The notes under the pieces: model-generated
What the model was told of the DNA's origin: nothing
The model's input: the letters and a program-made list of their open reading frames with translations, nothing else
Database searches by the model: none
Shown here: positions 51,123 to 60,337 of the stretch, one piece after another
Position numbering within the stretch: position 1 is the stretch's first letter
Layout: each line of letters begins with the position of its first letter
Translations under genes and position numbers: made by a program
DNA from: an uncultured Holophagales bacterium
Lineage (GTDB): Bacteria; Acidobacteriota; Thermoanaerobaculia; Multivoradales; UBA5704
Direction: 5' to 3'
DNA: 64,000 bases
NCBI GenBank assembly: GCA_963844885.1
Contig: CAWJQA010000001.1
Span: forward strand, 68,575 to 132,574

Positions 51123-52421
51123 TTGTCGCTCCTGATCACGGACCTGAGCGTGTTCTACGCCGGCAGCGCCGAGCCCGCGCTGGCCGATTTCACTCAGAGA
51201 TTCGAGGAGGCTGGTATCACCGGCCTCGTCGGTCCCAACGGCTCCGGGAAGAGCGCGCTTGCCTTTGTGCTGGCAGGCTTGCTGCCGCGCGTCCTGGGAG
51301 GATCCTGGACGGGTGAGATTCTCTGCCAGGAGCGGGCCCTTGCGGCGAGGGGCTGGCCGCCTCCCGTCACCGCGGCCTACACCTCTCAAGACGATGCGAG
51401 CCATGCTCTGCTCGGGATCGTTGAGGATATTCTTGACAGCCTTCCCTCGGATCTGAAATCTCTGGCACGTGACCTTCCACTCCCGGATGCGCGCACCGAG
51501 GTGAAGCACCTTTCGACCGGCCAACGCCATGCCATTGACTGGCTTCTTTGCCAGAGCCGGCGGCCGACGATCATCATCCTGGACGAAGGGCTCAGCTCCA
51601 TGGATGCGATCACAGCGAGGGCGTTGATCGCCGGTAGCCGTTTCCTGGATGGCAACGATCTGCGGTTCATGTTTCTGATCGATCAGGATGTCCATCGCGT
51701 CAGCCAATACGTCGATACTTGTGTCTTTCTGCCGGCGAGGGCCAGGGTGGTGGAAGACGACCAGGAGGATCTCGGCGTACTCCTGGGCCTGGAAGGCCGT
51801 GTCAGCCCACCACAGGCCGGCCTTGGACCGATGCCGATCAAGGCTTGGTGGGCGGACGGACCGGGGACAGGGTTTCATTTGGGAGATTTCGAGCTTCGAG
51901 CTGGGGATTGTGTTCAGCTAGCGGGGCGCATCGGGTCTGGCAAAAGCACACTCCTCAAGGCGATGTCCGGCTATCCAGGCCCGAAGGGGAACCCAGGAGC
52001 GAAGTCCGTCCGGACGCTGTTCAGCCCGGTTTATTTTGGTGTCGGCGATCATTTCGTCGTGGCCGAGGCCACGATCGAAGAAAGCCTGGCGCTGGTGTAC
52101 GGGAAGGAGAAGGCGCGGTTGCTGTGGCCTGGCCTGGCGAGCTACCTGCCTGGGAAAAGTCTGGATTCGGACCCGGGAACGCTGAGCTTCGGCCAGCGGC
52201 GGCTCCTAGCCCTCGTCGTCATCTTCGGAGCGGCGAAGAGCGCCCTGGCGCTGGACGAGCCTGACAAGGGATTGGACTTCCGCGCCCAGGAGCTTCTGAT
52301 CCGTTTGATTTCGTCATTCCTTCGTGCAGGAGGAACCATCCTTCTGTCGTCACATAACGCTGGATTCGTTGACCGTCTCGGGAAGGTCGTTTCCGACCTG
52401 CGGACGTTGTCCATCTCCTAA
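51123..52421 (+). CDS. Double ABC ATPase (ECF A-A fusion type)
   Basis: GPNGSGKS, LSTGQ, ILDE; GRIGSGKS, LSFGQRR, ALDEP, LSSH. Confidence 0.85.
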   Translation: MSLLITDLSVFYAGSAEPALADFTQRFEEAGITGLVGPNGSGKSALAFVLAGLLPRVLGGSWTGEILCQERALAARGWPPPVTAAYTSQDDASHALLGIVEDILDSLPSDLKSLARDLPLPDARTEVKHLSTGQRHAIDWLLCQSRRPTIIILDEGLSSMDAITARALIAGSRFLDGNDLRFMFLIDQDVHRVSQYVDTCVFLPARARVVEDDQEDLGVLLGLEGRVSPPQAGLGPMPIKAWWADGPGTGFHLGDFELRAGDCVQLAGRIGSGKSTLLKAMSGYPGPKGNPGAKSVRTLFSPVYFGVGDHFVVAEATIEESLALVYGKEKARLLWPGLASYLPGKSLDSDPGTLSFGQRRLLALVVIFGAAKSALALDEPDKGLDFRAQELLIRLISSFLRAGGTILLSSHNAGFVDRLGKVVSDLRTLSIS

Positions 52422-52427
52422 CCGAGC

Positions 52428-53069
52428 TTGTCCATGAGAGTCGGAGGTATCCTCGCAGCTACGTGGCTGTTCATAATATGGGGGATCTTGATTTTTTCGG
52501 ACAGCTTGTCTCTTGTCTCCGCAGGCTTGGTCATCTTGACCTGCTTGATTCATCCGCGCAAGCTCTGGCGTTCCAGGATTCTCTGGCTGAGCACGGGCCT
52601 GCTCCTGGTTCTCGCTTGGCTCTTCGCGCTGTTGGCGGGTGTCGAAGATATCCATTGGAAGCCGTACATCTCCACCTTCGCGGTGGTGTTGGCGCCCCTT
52701 GCTGTGGGCTCCTATGTGGACGGCTTCTGGATCTGCGGCTGGCTGACGAAGGCGAAGGTGCCAGGTAATCTGATTCTCGCGATTGCGGCCGCTCTTGGCG
52801 CGATTGATCTGATCCTCGACGACGTCCGGGCTCTTGCCTACCAGCGCCGCCGTATGCCGGGGCGGGGATTGGCGGCGGTGACTGGCGTTCTCGCCGCAAG
52901 TTTTTCAGTTCTCTTGGACCATGCCGTCAGCATCGAAATTGCCTACGAGATGGTGGATATCGCCGCGGTGTTTCGGCGATGGCGAGGACGGCCCTTCCGC
53001 ACTCAGGAGTGGATGTTCGGTGCCCAGCTCTTAGTTCTCCTGGTGATTGCCATGCTGAGCCTGGAATAG
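52428..53069 (+). CDS. Divergent ECF T-component-like membrane protein
   Basis: Hydrophobic N-terminal half, amphipathic helices and a terminal TM; position after the ATPase. Confidence 0.55.
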   Translation: MSMRVGGILAATWLFIIWGILIFSDSLSLVSAGLVILTCLIHPRKLWRSRILWLSTGLLLVLAWLFALLAGVEDIHWKPYISTFAVVLAPLAVGSYVDGFWICGWLTKAKVPGNLILAIAAALGAIDLILDDVRALAYQRRRMPGRGLAAVTGVLAASFSVLLDHAVSIEIAYEMVDIAAVFRRWRGRPFRTQEWMFGAQLLVLLVIAMLSLE

Positions 53070-53102
53070 TTGCTCAGGAGAGATCCCCAATCGGCGCAGA
53101 CC

Positions 53103-53189
53103 GAAGCCGTGGATGGGCGTGACCACCACAGGCTCCTGATACTGGGTGGCCGAGCGGGTGAGCCGTCCCCGGGGCTTGTGGGAAGCCCG
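53103..53189 (-). pseudogene. 87-bp diverged copy of a tolC-gene segment
   Basis: Aligns without gaps to 45445-45531 (about 9 mismatches by hand); encodes SATQYQEPVVVTPIHGF. Confidence 0.85.
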
Positions 53190-53349
53190 CGGAGGCGGCC
53201 TGAGGATATCCGGCGCGCGGGCTGAGTCAAGAGGCCGGTCCGCTGGAACCAGAGAAGGCATGCCATTTGCAGATCATTCGCGGAGTCGGTCATTCCGCTT
53301 CGAATGGCTATCTGCAACCTCGACAGAGAGTCCAAGGAGGAGGTCCAAC

Positions 53350-55875
53350 ATGATTTGGAAAAGCGCGCGACTCTTGGCCGTGTCCTCGGCCGTTCTCTTT
53401 CTCTTCGCCTCAGGGGCATTCGGCCAGGAGTCGGCCGGTGTGGTGGCGAGCTTCAGCGGCACGTTGTCGAACGCCGCTCAGGAAGACCGCATCGCCTTCG
53501 AGGTCGATGCCGACCAGTTCGAGCTGAACGCCGATGGGGGCGTCGATTTCGTCTTCCTCATGAGCAGTGTGAGCACCGCGGAGAGCCCGGTCGATCCGGG
53601 ACTCCTCTCCGTCGAGCCCGACGGCAGCGGCTCCGTCCAGCACAGCACGCGCAGGCCGGATACCGCCAACTCCACGGCCAGCATCGTCCTGGCCACGCTG
53701 ACCCCGGGCAAGTACGAGATCGTCGTGCGCGGCGAGCACAAGACCACCGGCCCGTACCGGCTCGACGTTCTCCTCGCGGGCGACGCGAACACCGACTTCA
53801 AGGTCGACACCGAGGATACCCAGCTCATCGCGCAGCTCAACGCCAAGAAGAAGAACGACCCCGAATACTCGCCGTACGCCGACGTCGACCGCAACGGTGT
53901 GATCAACGGCGGTGACCGGCAGCGGGCCGAGGCGAACCTCGGGGCCCTGGCCGTCCCGCCGGAGGCCGACAACCCGCTCGATCAGAGCCTGCCTGCCGGC
54001 GCGCTGGCGCTGGTGGGCGCCGCGCCCGACACGTTCGTCAGCCGGACCGGCGGCCTGCGCTTCAGCCTTGCCGGCGCCGAATTCGATGCCACGCCGGCCG
54101 ATGTTACGCTGACCATCAACGGCGTGAACGTACCGGCCGGGAGCCTCGTCATCGAGCCCCATCTCCTCACCGCGAACGTGACGCTGGCCGACGGCCGCAA
54201 CACGATCTTCTTCAAGGCGTACGACACGATCGGGAGACCCCTTTATTACAACGCGACGCTGTGGGCCGGCAGCGCGACCCTGCAGGTCAACCTGCTGAAC
54301 CCGAACGGCACCGCGTTCACCCAGCAGGCGAACGTCGTGGCGGCGCTGAGCGACGATCCGTCGGTCGCGGCGCAGGGGATCACGTCCACCGGCAGCATCA
54401 CCTTCACCAACGTTCCCGCCCGTACGATCCTCGTCAAGGCGAAGGGCGCCGGCAACGAGATCGGCACGGCCGGCGTGGTCGGCACGCAAGGCGTCGTGTC
54501 GATCAAGATGATCGGCTTCAACGCGCCGAGCCCCATCGACAACAACGACATCAGCCTCGGCACCGACGGCTGGGTGATCGCGCCCGGCTCCCCGGTCTCG
54601 GTCATCCCGCACAAGGAGATCATCCCGGGTTTTCTCACGGGCGGCTCCATGGTGTCCGGGAGCTCCGTGACGACGAGCGCGATCGTCGACCAGGACATCA
54701 TGCTCGGCACGTCGGGCCTGGGTGAACGTTCGGTCTCCCGCACCTTCACCACCTCGCAAGGCACCACGGCGGTGAAGATCCGCTACCGCTTCATCACCAG
54801 CGAGGTCCCGGGCGGCTATTTCGGCAGCCAGTTCAACGACTACTTTCGCGTCTCCCTGCGCAGCCAGGCCGGCGGTGGGGCGGTCAGCGAAACCAACAGC
54901 ATGAACGGCCTCGGGCTCGCCGCGTTCAACTACGCGACCGGCGAGACGAACTGGCGCGAGGTCACCCTCCCCGTCGACACCGCGGGCGACACCATCCAGG
55001 CCGACGCCGCCGTGGCGAACGTCGGGGACGGCCTCTTCCAGTCGCAGGTCGTCATCGACTTCGTCCAGGAGATCAAGGACCAGGTCCGGCCGGCGCTCGC
55101 CTGGAACAACACCCAGGGCGGCTTGAACCTCACCTGGGAGGTGCTCGACCAGGCGCTGGAAAACGACGTCACCATCAACGTCTACTTCGCGAACGGCACG
55201 GGCTACGCCAACCGCCTCGGGGCCGCGGTGTTCAGCCACGTCGTCCCGGCCGGCACCGCGCCCGGCGCGGGCGGACCGGTCCACATCCCGGGAACGGATC
55301 TGGCCGGCGACCCGGCCGGCACCACGCACCTCATCGCCGCGAGCAGTGAATCGCAGGTCGGCGCCTTGGCCGACGTGCGGATCACCTTCGGCCCGAATGC
55401 GAACGCGGGGGCGGTCTCCGCGGGGATGACCGACATCGTGAAGGACGGTCTCCGCGCCGCGGGAGCTTCGACCGGAACGATCACCAGTACGCTGCGGTCG
55501 CCTGCCGACCAGGCCCGGGCGATGTTCAACAACGCGCTGAACACCGGCGCGCAGGCTCAGTTGGCCCTCTACGGCGCGGCCGGCGACGCGGTCATCCAGG
55601 TCTACATCCAACAGACGGCCGGATTGACGCCCGCCCAGATCGCCGCGAACGCCGCGACGATCCGCGCGGCGATGGAAGCCGAGATCATCGCTCAGGGGCC
55701 GGAGAACGTCTCCCGTCACTGCGGAGATCCCGCCGTGCGCACCGTCGTCGACGTCTCGTACAACTCGTTCAACGGCAACAACCGGCCGCTCTTCAGAACC
55801 GCCGTGGCGGGGCGCGTGTCGCGTCTCATCGACGAGCCGAACAACAACTGCTTCCACCTGGAGCTGGTCAATTAG
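53350..55875 (+). CDS. Large secreted modular protein (dockerin-like, beta-sandwich domains, C-terminal M15-like peptidase)
   Basis: Signal peptide; GDANTDFKVD...ADVDRNGVINGGD; RFITSEVPGGYFGSQFNDYF; ITSTLRSPADQA...SRHC...VVD...CFHLE. Confidence 0.75.
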   Translation: MIWKSARLLAVSSAVLFLFASGAFGQESAGVVASFSGTLSNAAQEDRIAFEVDADQFELNADGGVDFVFLMSSVSTAESPVDPGLLSVEPDGSGSVQHSTRRPDTANSTASIVLATLTPGKYEIVVRGEHKTTGPYRLDVLLAGDANTDFKVDTEDTQLIAQLNAKKKNDPEYSPYADVDRNGVINGGDRQRAEANLGALAVPPEADNPLDQSLPAGALALVGAAPDTFVSRTGGLRFSLAGAEFDATPADVTLTINGVNVPAGSLVIEPHLLTANVTLADGRNTIFFKAYDTIGRPLYYNATLWAGSATLQVNLLNPNGTAFTQQANVVAALSDDPSVAAQGITSTGSITFTNVPARTILVKAKGAGNEIGTAGVVGTQGVVSIKMIGFNAPSPIDNNDISLGTDGWVIAPGSPVSVIPHKEIIPGFLTGGSMVSGSSVTTSAIVDQDIMLGTSGLGERSVSRTFTTSQGTTAVKIRYRFITSEVPGGYFGSQFNDYFRVSLRSQAGGGAVSETNSMNGLGLAAFNYATGETNWREVTLPVDTAGDTIQADAAVANVGDGLFQSQVVIDFVQEIKDQVRPALAWNNTQGGLNLTWEVLDQALENDVTINVYFANGTGYANRLGAAVFSHVVPAGTAPGAGGPVHIPGTDLAGDPAGTTHLIAASSESQVGALADVRITFGPNANAGAVSAGMTDIVKDGLRAAGASTGTITSTLRSPADQARAMFNNALNTGAQAQLALYGAAGDAVIQVYIQQTAGLTPAQIAANAATIRAAMEAEIIAQGPENVSRHCGDPAVRTVVDVSYNSFNGNNRPLFRTAVAGRVSRLIDEPNNNCFHLELVN

Positions 55876-55880
55876 CCTGC

Positions 55881-55915
55881 CGTCCGCCCCGCGCGCCGGC
55901 CGCGCGGGGCGGACG
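55881..55915 (+). terminator. Strong hairpin after the modular protein gene
   Basis: 15-bp stem CGTCCGCCCCGCGCG/CGCGCGGGGCGGACG; no U tract. Confidence 0.55.
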
Positions 55916-56051
55916 CTCATCCACGCCGGCTGCGGCCCCCCCCTCTCCCAGGGTGAGGGGTGAGGGGGCTTGCCAGCCGTTGCCGTTTTATATACTGTTG
56001 AACAGCCAAGACGTTCCGACAGCCGTGCAGAGTCTGAAAAGGAGAGCTCTG

Positions 56052-57653
56052 ATGCGTGTAGGAGTCCTGGAGATCCTGACCGATTCCGTGTCCCAGTCCT
56101 GGATCGAGCGGGAGTACGACGGCCGCTTCCGCCGGCAGTACGCGAGCATCACGCCGCAAGCCGTGTCGGTCTGGTGTCGGCAGCTCGGGCACGAGGTCCA
56201 CTACGCGACCTACTACGGCCAGAGCCCGCCCGACACCCTCCTTCCGGACGAGCTCGACGCCGTCTTCCTGGCGACCTACACGCAGGCGAGCGCCCTCGCT
56301 TACGCCCTGGCGCGCCTCTACCGCCGCCGCGGCGCGCTCACCGTCCTCGGTGGACCGCACGCCACGTCGTTCCCCACCGACAGCCTGCGCTTCTTCGATC
56401 TCGTGGTCCACGACTGCGACAAGAACCTGATCGATAGCATTCTGAAAGGCCACTTCGAGCCCGGCAGCGTGGTCACCAGCGGCCACCTCCTGGAGGAGAT
56501 CCCGGGCATCCAAGAGCGGATGCCGGAGATCCAGAAAGCGTGCTTCTCGGGAAAGCCTTCGCCGATCCGCAACGTCAGCCTGTTGACCAGCCTGGGATGC
56601 CCCTACCGCTGTGATTTCTGCGTCGACTGGAAGAACGACTACGTGATGATGCCGCGGGACCGCCTGCTGGCCGACCTGCGCTACGTGTCCGAGCATCTGC
56701 CGGGGATGCTCATCGGTTTTCACGACCCGAACTTCGGGGTCAGGTTCGACGAGATGCTCGACCTGATGGAAGAAATCCCCGCGGGTCGCCGCAACCCCTA
56801 CGCCATGGAGAGCTCGCTGTCGAACCTGCGCGGACCCCGGCTGCGGCGGCTGCGGGAGACGAACTGCGTCTATGTGGCGCCCGGAGTCGAATCGTGGGCC
56901 GACTACTCGAACAAGTCCGGCGTCGGCCGCGACGTGGGGGAGAAAAAGCTGGAGGACGTCGTCGAGCACTTCGAGGAGATGCACCTCCACGTGCCCGGCC
57001 TGCAGGCGAACTTCATCTTCGGCACGGACGGCGACAAGGGCGAGGAGCCCGTGGAGATGACGCGGGAATTCATCCACCGCCTGCCTTTCGTCTGGCCGAC
57101 GCTCAACATCCCGGTCCCGTTCGGAGGGACACCTCTCTATGACCGCCTGCTGGCCGAGGACCGCATTCTCGAAGACACCCCGTTCGCCTTCTACTATATG
57201 CCCTACATCGCGATCCGGCCGCTCCACTACGATCCGCTGAGCTACTACGGCCTGCTGATCCAGCTCTTCCGCACGGTGGTTTCGACGCGGCTCCTGCTGC
57301 GGCGCGTGGCCAGCGCGCGGACCCCGGGCCTGCGGGCCATGCATGTCCTCCGCACCCTGGCCATGCGCTGCGAGCTGGCCAGCCTGCGGACCATCCGCTC
57401 CAGGATTGCCCGCGACGCCGATCTGCGCGCTTGGCTGGAAGGGCGTTCGCGAACGCTTCCCACGCTCTACCGCGAAGCGCTGAGAGCGCGGCTGGGCCGC
57501 TTTGGCGAGCTCCTGAGCGAGGACGATCTGCGGCCCCGGCTCGAACGGCCCGGCGCGGCGGCGGTGGCCTCTCCGCCGCCGAAGCTGGTGCCTCTCGGCG
57601 GCCGACAGGCGGCGGCAGGGCTGGTTCCGAACCAGGCTTACGGCAGCTCGTAG
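56052..57653 (+). CDS. Cobalamin-binding radical SAM enzyme
   Basis: VLGGPHA, GCPYRCDFC, APGVES, ANFIFG, PFGGTPLY. Confidence 0.9.
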   Translation: MRVGVLEILTDSVSQSWIEREYDGRFRRQYASITPQAVSVWCRQLGHEVHYATYYGQSPPDTLLPDELDAVFLATYTQASALAYALARLYRRRGALTVLGGPHATSFPTDSLRFFDLVVHDCDKNLIDSILKGHFEPGSVVTSGHLLEEIPGIQERMPEIQKACFSGKPSPIRNVSLLTSLGCPYRCDFCVDWKNDYVMMPRDRLLADLRYVSEHLPGMLIGFHDPNFGVRFDEMLDLMEEIPAGRRNPYAMESSLSNLRGPRLRRLRETNCVYVAPGVESWADYSNKSGVGRDVGEKKLEDVVEHFEEMHLHVPGLQANFIFGTDGDKGEEPVEMTREFIHRLPFVWPTLNIPVPFGGTPLYDRLLAEDRILEDTPFAFYYMPYIAIRPLHYDPLSYYGLLIQLFRTVVSTRLLLRRVASARTPGLRAMHVLRTLAMRCELASLRTIRSRIARDADLRAWLEGRSRTLPTLYREALRARLGRFGELLSEDDLRPRLERPGAAAVASPPPKLVPLGGRQAAAGLVPNQAYGSS

Positions 57654-57955
57654 ACCTGCTTTTCCGGGTCCGGGTTCTGGCGGAACAGGATGATGACGTG
57701 GCCGATGCGGCCCGCCACGTCCGCGCGTAGCGACTCGGCGAGGCGCTCGGCGATGGCGTCCTTCTCCTCGCGCGGGGCCACGGCCTGGACCTTGATCAGC
57801 TCATGGACGCCGAGCGCCTCGTCGACCTGCCGGAGCGCGGACTCGGAGAGCCCCTGCTTGCCGATCTGCACGATCGGCTTCAGGGAGTGGGCCTGGCCGC
57901 GGAGCCACTTGCGCTGGGCGCTGGTGAGGTTGGGGGTGCTCGGTGTCTTTGGCAT
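57638..57955 (-). CDS. yhbY: RNA-binding protein YhbY (CRM domain)
   Basis: LTSAQRKWLRGQAHSLKPIVQIGKQG, HELIKV, IGHVIILFR. Confidence 0.93.
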   Translation of the reverse strand: MPKTPSTPNLTSAQRKWLRGQAHSLKPIVQIGKQGLSESALRQVDEALGVHELIKVQAVAPREEKDAIAERLAESLRADVAGRIGHVIILFRQNPDPEKQVYELP

Positions 57956-57995
57956 CAGCCGGAACTTACCACACCGGCGGTATACTCCTCCCACC

Positions 57996-58445
57996 ATGTC
58001 CGACGACCGCAAATACCGGCAGCGGGGCTACCAGGATTCAGGCGGCAGCCCGGACCGTTCGCGGGCCCCGCAGGGACCGCCGCGGGAGAAGAAGGAAGGT
58101 CCGCGCGGCCGCGGCCTGGGTGCGCCGTCCGAGACCGTCTTCCGCTGCGCGCGGTGCGGCGAAAAGCGGCCTGTCCTCGACGAGGTTCCGGCCATCCCCG
58201 TCGATACCGCCTGCGCCAAGTGTGGCAACGACCTCCACACCTGCTCCAACTGCGTTCACTTCGACACCTCGGCGCGCTGGGAGTGCCGGAAGCACGAGGA
58301 GATCCCGGCGCGGGTGGCGAAGAAGAGCACCCGCAACGAGTGCCCGCTCTTCACCCCGAAGTCCGCCCAGGAATTCGAGAGGGATTCCGGGAAGCCCTCC
58401 CCGGGCGACGCGCGCTCCGCCTTCGACGCGCTGTTCAAGCTCTAG
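57996..58445 (+). CDS. Cys-rich (Zn-finger) hypothetical protein
   Basis: CARC, CAKCGNDLHTCSNCVHFD, EC...NEC; ends ARSAFDALFKL. Confidence 0.75.
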   Translation: MSDDRKYRQRGYQDSGGSPDRSRAPQGPPREKKEGPRGRGLGAPSETVFRCARCGEKRPVLDEVPAIPVDTACAKCGNDLHTCSNCVHFDTSARWECRKHEEIPARVAKKSTRNECPLFTPKSAQEFERDSGKPSPGDARSAFDALFKL

Positions 58446-58461
58446 GAGCGCAGCATAGCGA

Positions 58462-58502
58462 AACGAGGCGGCACCCGCGCGGGTGCCGCCTCGTTCATTT
58501 TT
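58462..58502 (+). terminator. Terminator between convergent genes
   Basis: 16-bp stem AACGAGGCGGCACCCG/CGGGTGCCGCCTCGTT followed by CATTTTT. Confidence 0.75.
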
Positions 58503-58519
58503 CAAGGATACGGAGCGGC

Positions 58520-60169
58520 TTACGGCTCCTGGACGGGCGCCGTCCAGATCTCTTCCTTGGCGTTGTTGCGCCGGTCGGTCCAGGAGGGGAGGAATTTGCC
58601 GGCGTAGGCCGAGAGGCTGTTGTAATCGCCGTACTGGTTGCCGGAGTCGGCGCCGGCGATGGTCTCGTCGGTCATGCCGGTGGTCACCTTGGCCGCGGCG
58701 CTCCAGGTCAGGCCGCCGTCGGTGGAGGACTGGAAGAAGACGTCGGTCTTCTTGCGGCCCGGGTCGTTGACGGTGTCGTAGTACATCACGCCGATGCGGC
58801 CGGTGGTCTCGTCGACCACGAACCACTGGTTGAACTGGTCGTTGTTGGAGGCCTGATTGTTGACCTTGATCGGTGCGGACCAGGTGGTGCCGCCGTTGGT
58901 GGAACGCGAGAACCAGACGCGGGTCTTGCAGGTGGAGGCGACGTTCGAGCCCGGCTCGTTGGCGGCGGCGGTGCAGCCGGTCTCGCCGGAGAGGTCGACC
59001 CAGGTGGCGTAGACGTTGCTGCCGTAGGCGCCGCCCGAAACGTAGATCAGGGCGCGGCGGTTGTTGAACGACGGAACGCCGATGTCATAGCCGTCGTAGG
59101 TGGTGGCGATGACGACGCCGGCGCCCCAGCTCGTGCCGCCGTTGGTGGACTTGGAGACGACGATGCGGCGGTTGGTCGTGGTCGGCCAGAAGGCGAAGGC
59201 GTTGCCGGCGGCGTCGGTGCGCACGTCGCAGCCGATGGCGGTGCCGGAGGATTCGGCGCCGCTGACCTGGATCGGGGAGCCCCAGCCGGCCGCGGTGCGG
59301 CGGTTGACGTAGAGCGGGTTGCCGTTGTGCCAGCAGACGTAGATCGTGTCCTTGTAGGGGGACGTGGCGCTGTGGTCGGCCCACATGATCTGTTTGTCGG
59401 TGGCCTTCTGGGTGCCCGAGAACGTGTTGTCGTACGTCCAGGTGGCGCCGTTGTTGGTGGACAGATAGGCGCGCATCTTGAGGGTGTTGCCCTTGATGCC
59501 GATGGTGGTGGACCAGGCGGTGCCGTTGGAGGTCCAGTCGACGGTCGGGTCGGAGTGGTAGGCGTCGGTGCTGAACAGCGGCAGGAAGGATTGGCCCCAG
59601 GTGACGCCGCCGTCGCTGGAGTAGGACTGGGCCTGTTGGCCGCTGGCGGAGATGTTGTTGGAGGCACCGATGACCAGGTTCGGGTTCCAGTAGTTGATGC
59701 GGATGTCGGACTCGCTGCGCGGGCTGGTCTGGGCGCCCGAGGTGCGGACGTTGGTGCCGACGGTGGTGTCGCCGGTGATCACGCCCATTCCGTCTTCATC
59801 TCGCTCCGGCGCCGTGGCGACGTCGGCCTCGGTGGGCCGCAGCTCCTGGTGGCTCAGCATCCACTCATGGACTTCGTGGAGGACACGCGGATAGCCCTTG
59901 GTGGGATCCTGGCGCGAGAACGTGAGCTCGGGGTGGCCCTTGCGGAACCAGACGCGGAGCCAGAGCGGTACCGGGATGGTGTCGTTGGCCTCCTCGGGAA
60001 ACAGCATGCCGAAGTCCTGGTTTTCATAGACCAGGGATTCCAGGGCGGTCCCCGGGCGGATGTGGTCCTTGCTGAGCTGCTTGTCGAGCGCGGGCCAGGC
60101 ATGGGGTTGGACGGCGAAGGCCGCTGACGCCAACAAGGCCATCAGGGCGAACAGAGTCAGCTTGCGCAT
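58520..60169 (-). CDS. Secreted Asp-box (BNR) beta-propeller, sialidase-like protein
   Basis: Five S-x-[DN]-x-G-x-[TS]-W boxes, GDY motif, signal peptide. Confidence 0.85.
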   Translation of the reverse strand: MRKLTLFALMALLASAAFAVQPHAWPALDKQLSKDHIRPGTALESLVYENQDFGMLFPEEANDTIPVPLWLRVWFRKGHPELTFSRQDPTKGYPRVLHEVHEWMLSHQELRPTEADVATAPERDEDGMGVITGDTTVGTNVRTSGAQTSPRSESDIRINYWNPNLVIGASNNISASGQQAQSYSSDGGVTWGQSFLPLFSTDAYHSDPTVDWTSNGTAWSTTIGIKGNTLKMRAYLSTNNGATWTYDNTFSGTQKATDKQIMWADHSATSPYKDTIYVCWHNGNPLYVNRRTAAGWGSPIQVSGAESSGTAIGCDVRTDAAGNAFAFWPTTTNRRIVVSKSTNGGTSWGAGVVIATTYDGYDIGVPSFNNRRALIYVSGGAYGSNVYATWVDLSGETGCTAAANEPGSNVASTCKTRVWFSRSTNGGTTWSAPIKVNNQASNNDQFNQWFVVDETTGRIGVMYYDTVNDPGRKKTDVFFQSSTDGGLTWSAAAKVTTGMTDETIAGADSGNQYGDYNSLSAYAGKFLPSWTDRRNNAKEEIWTAPVQEP

Positions 60170-60337
60170 GCGATTCCTCCTGGATTCGATGAAACGTGAA
60201 CAGAGCTGCGGACGAAATGTCCGAGGTTCTACCTATAGGAGTGTGCGCCGGCCGCGAAAGCGCGCCTCGCGCTCGCGCGGTCACTGTGGCCGCTGGTCAA
60301 GCCCAACGCGCCGTCTCGATACCCGGTAGAGGGGGGA

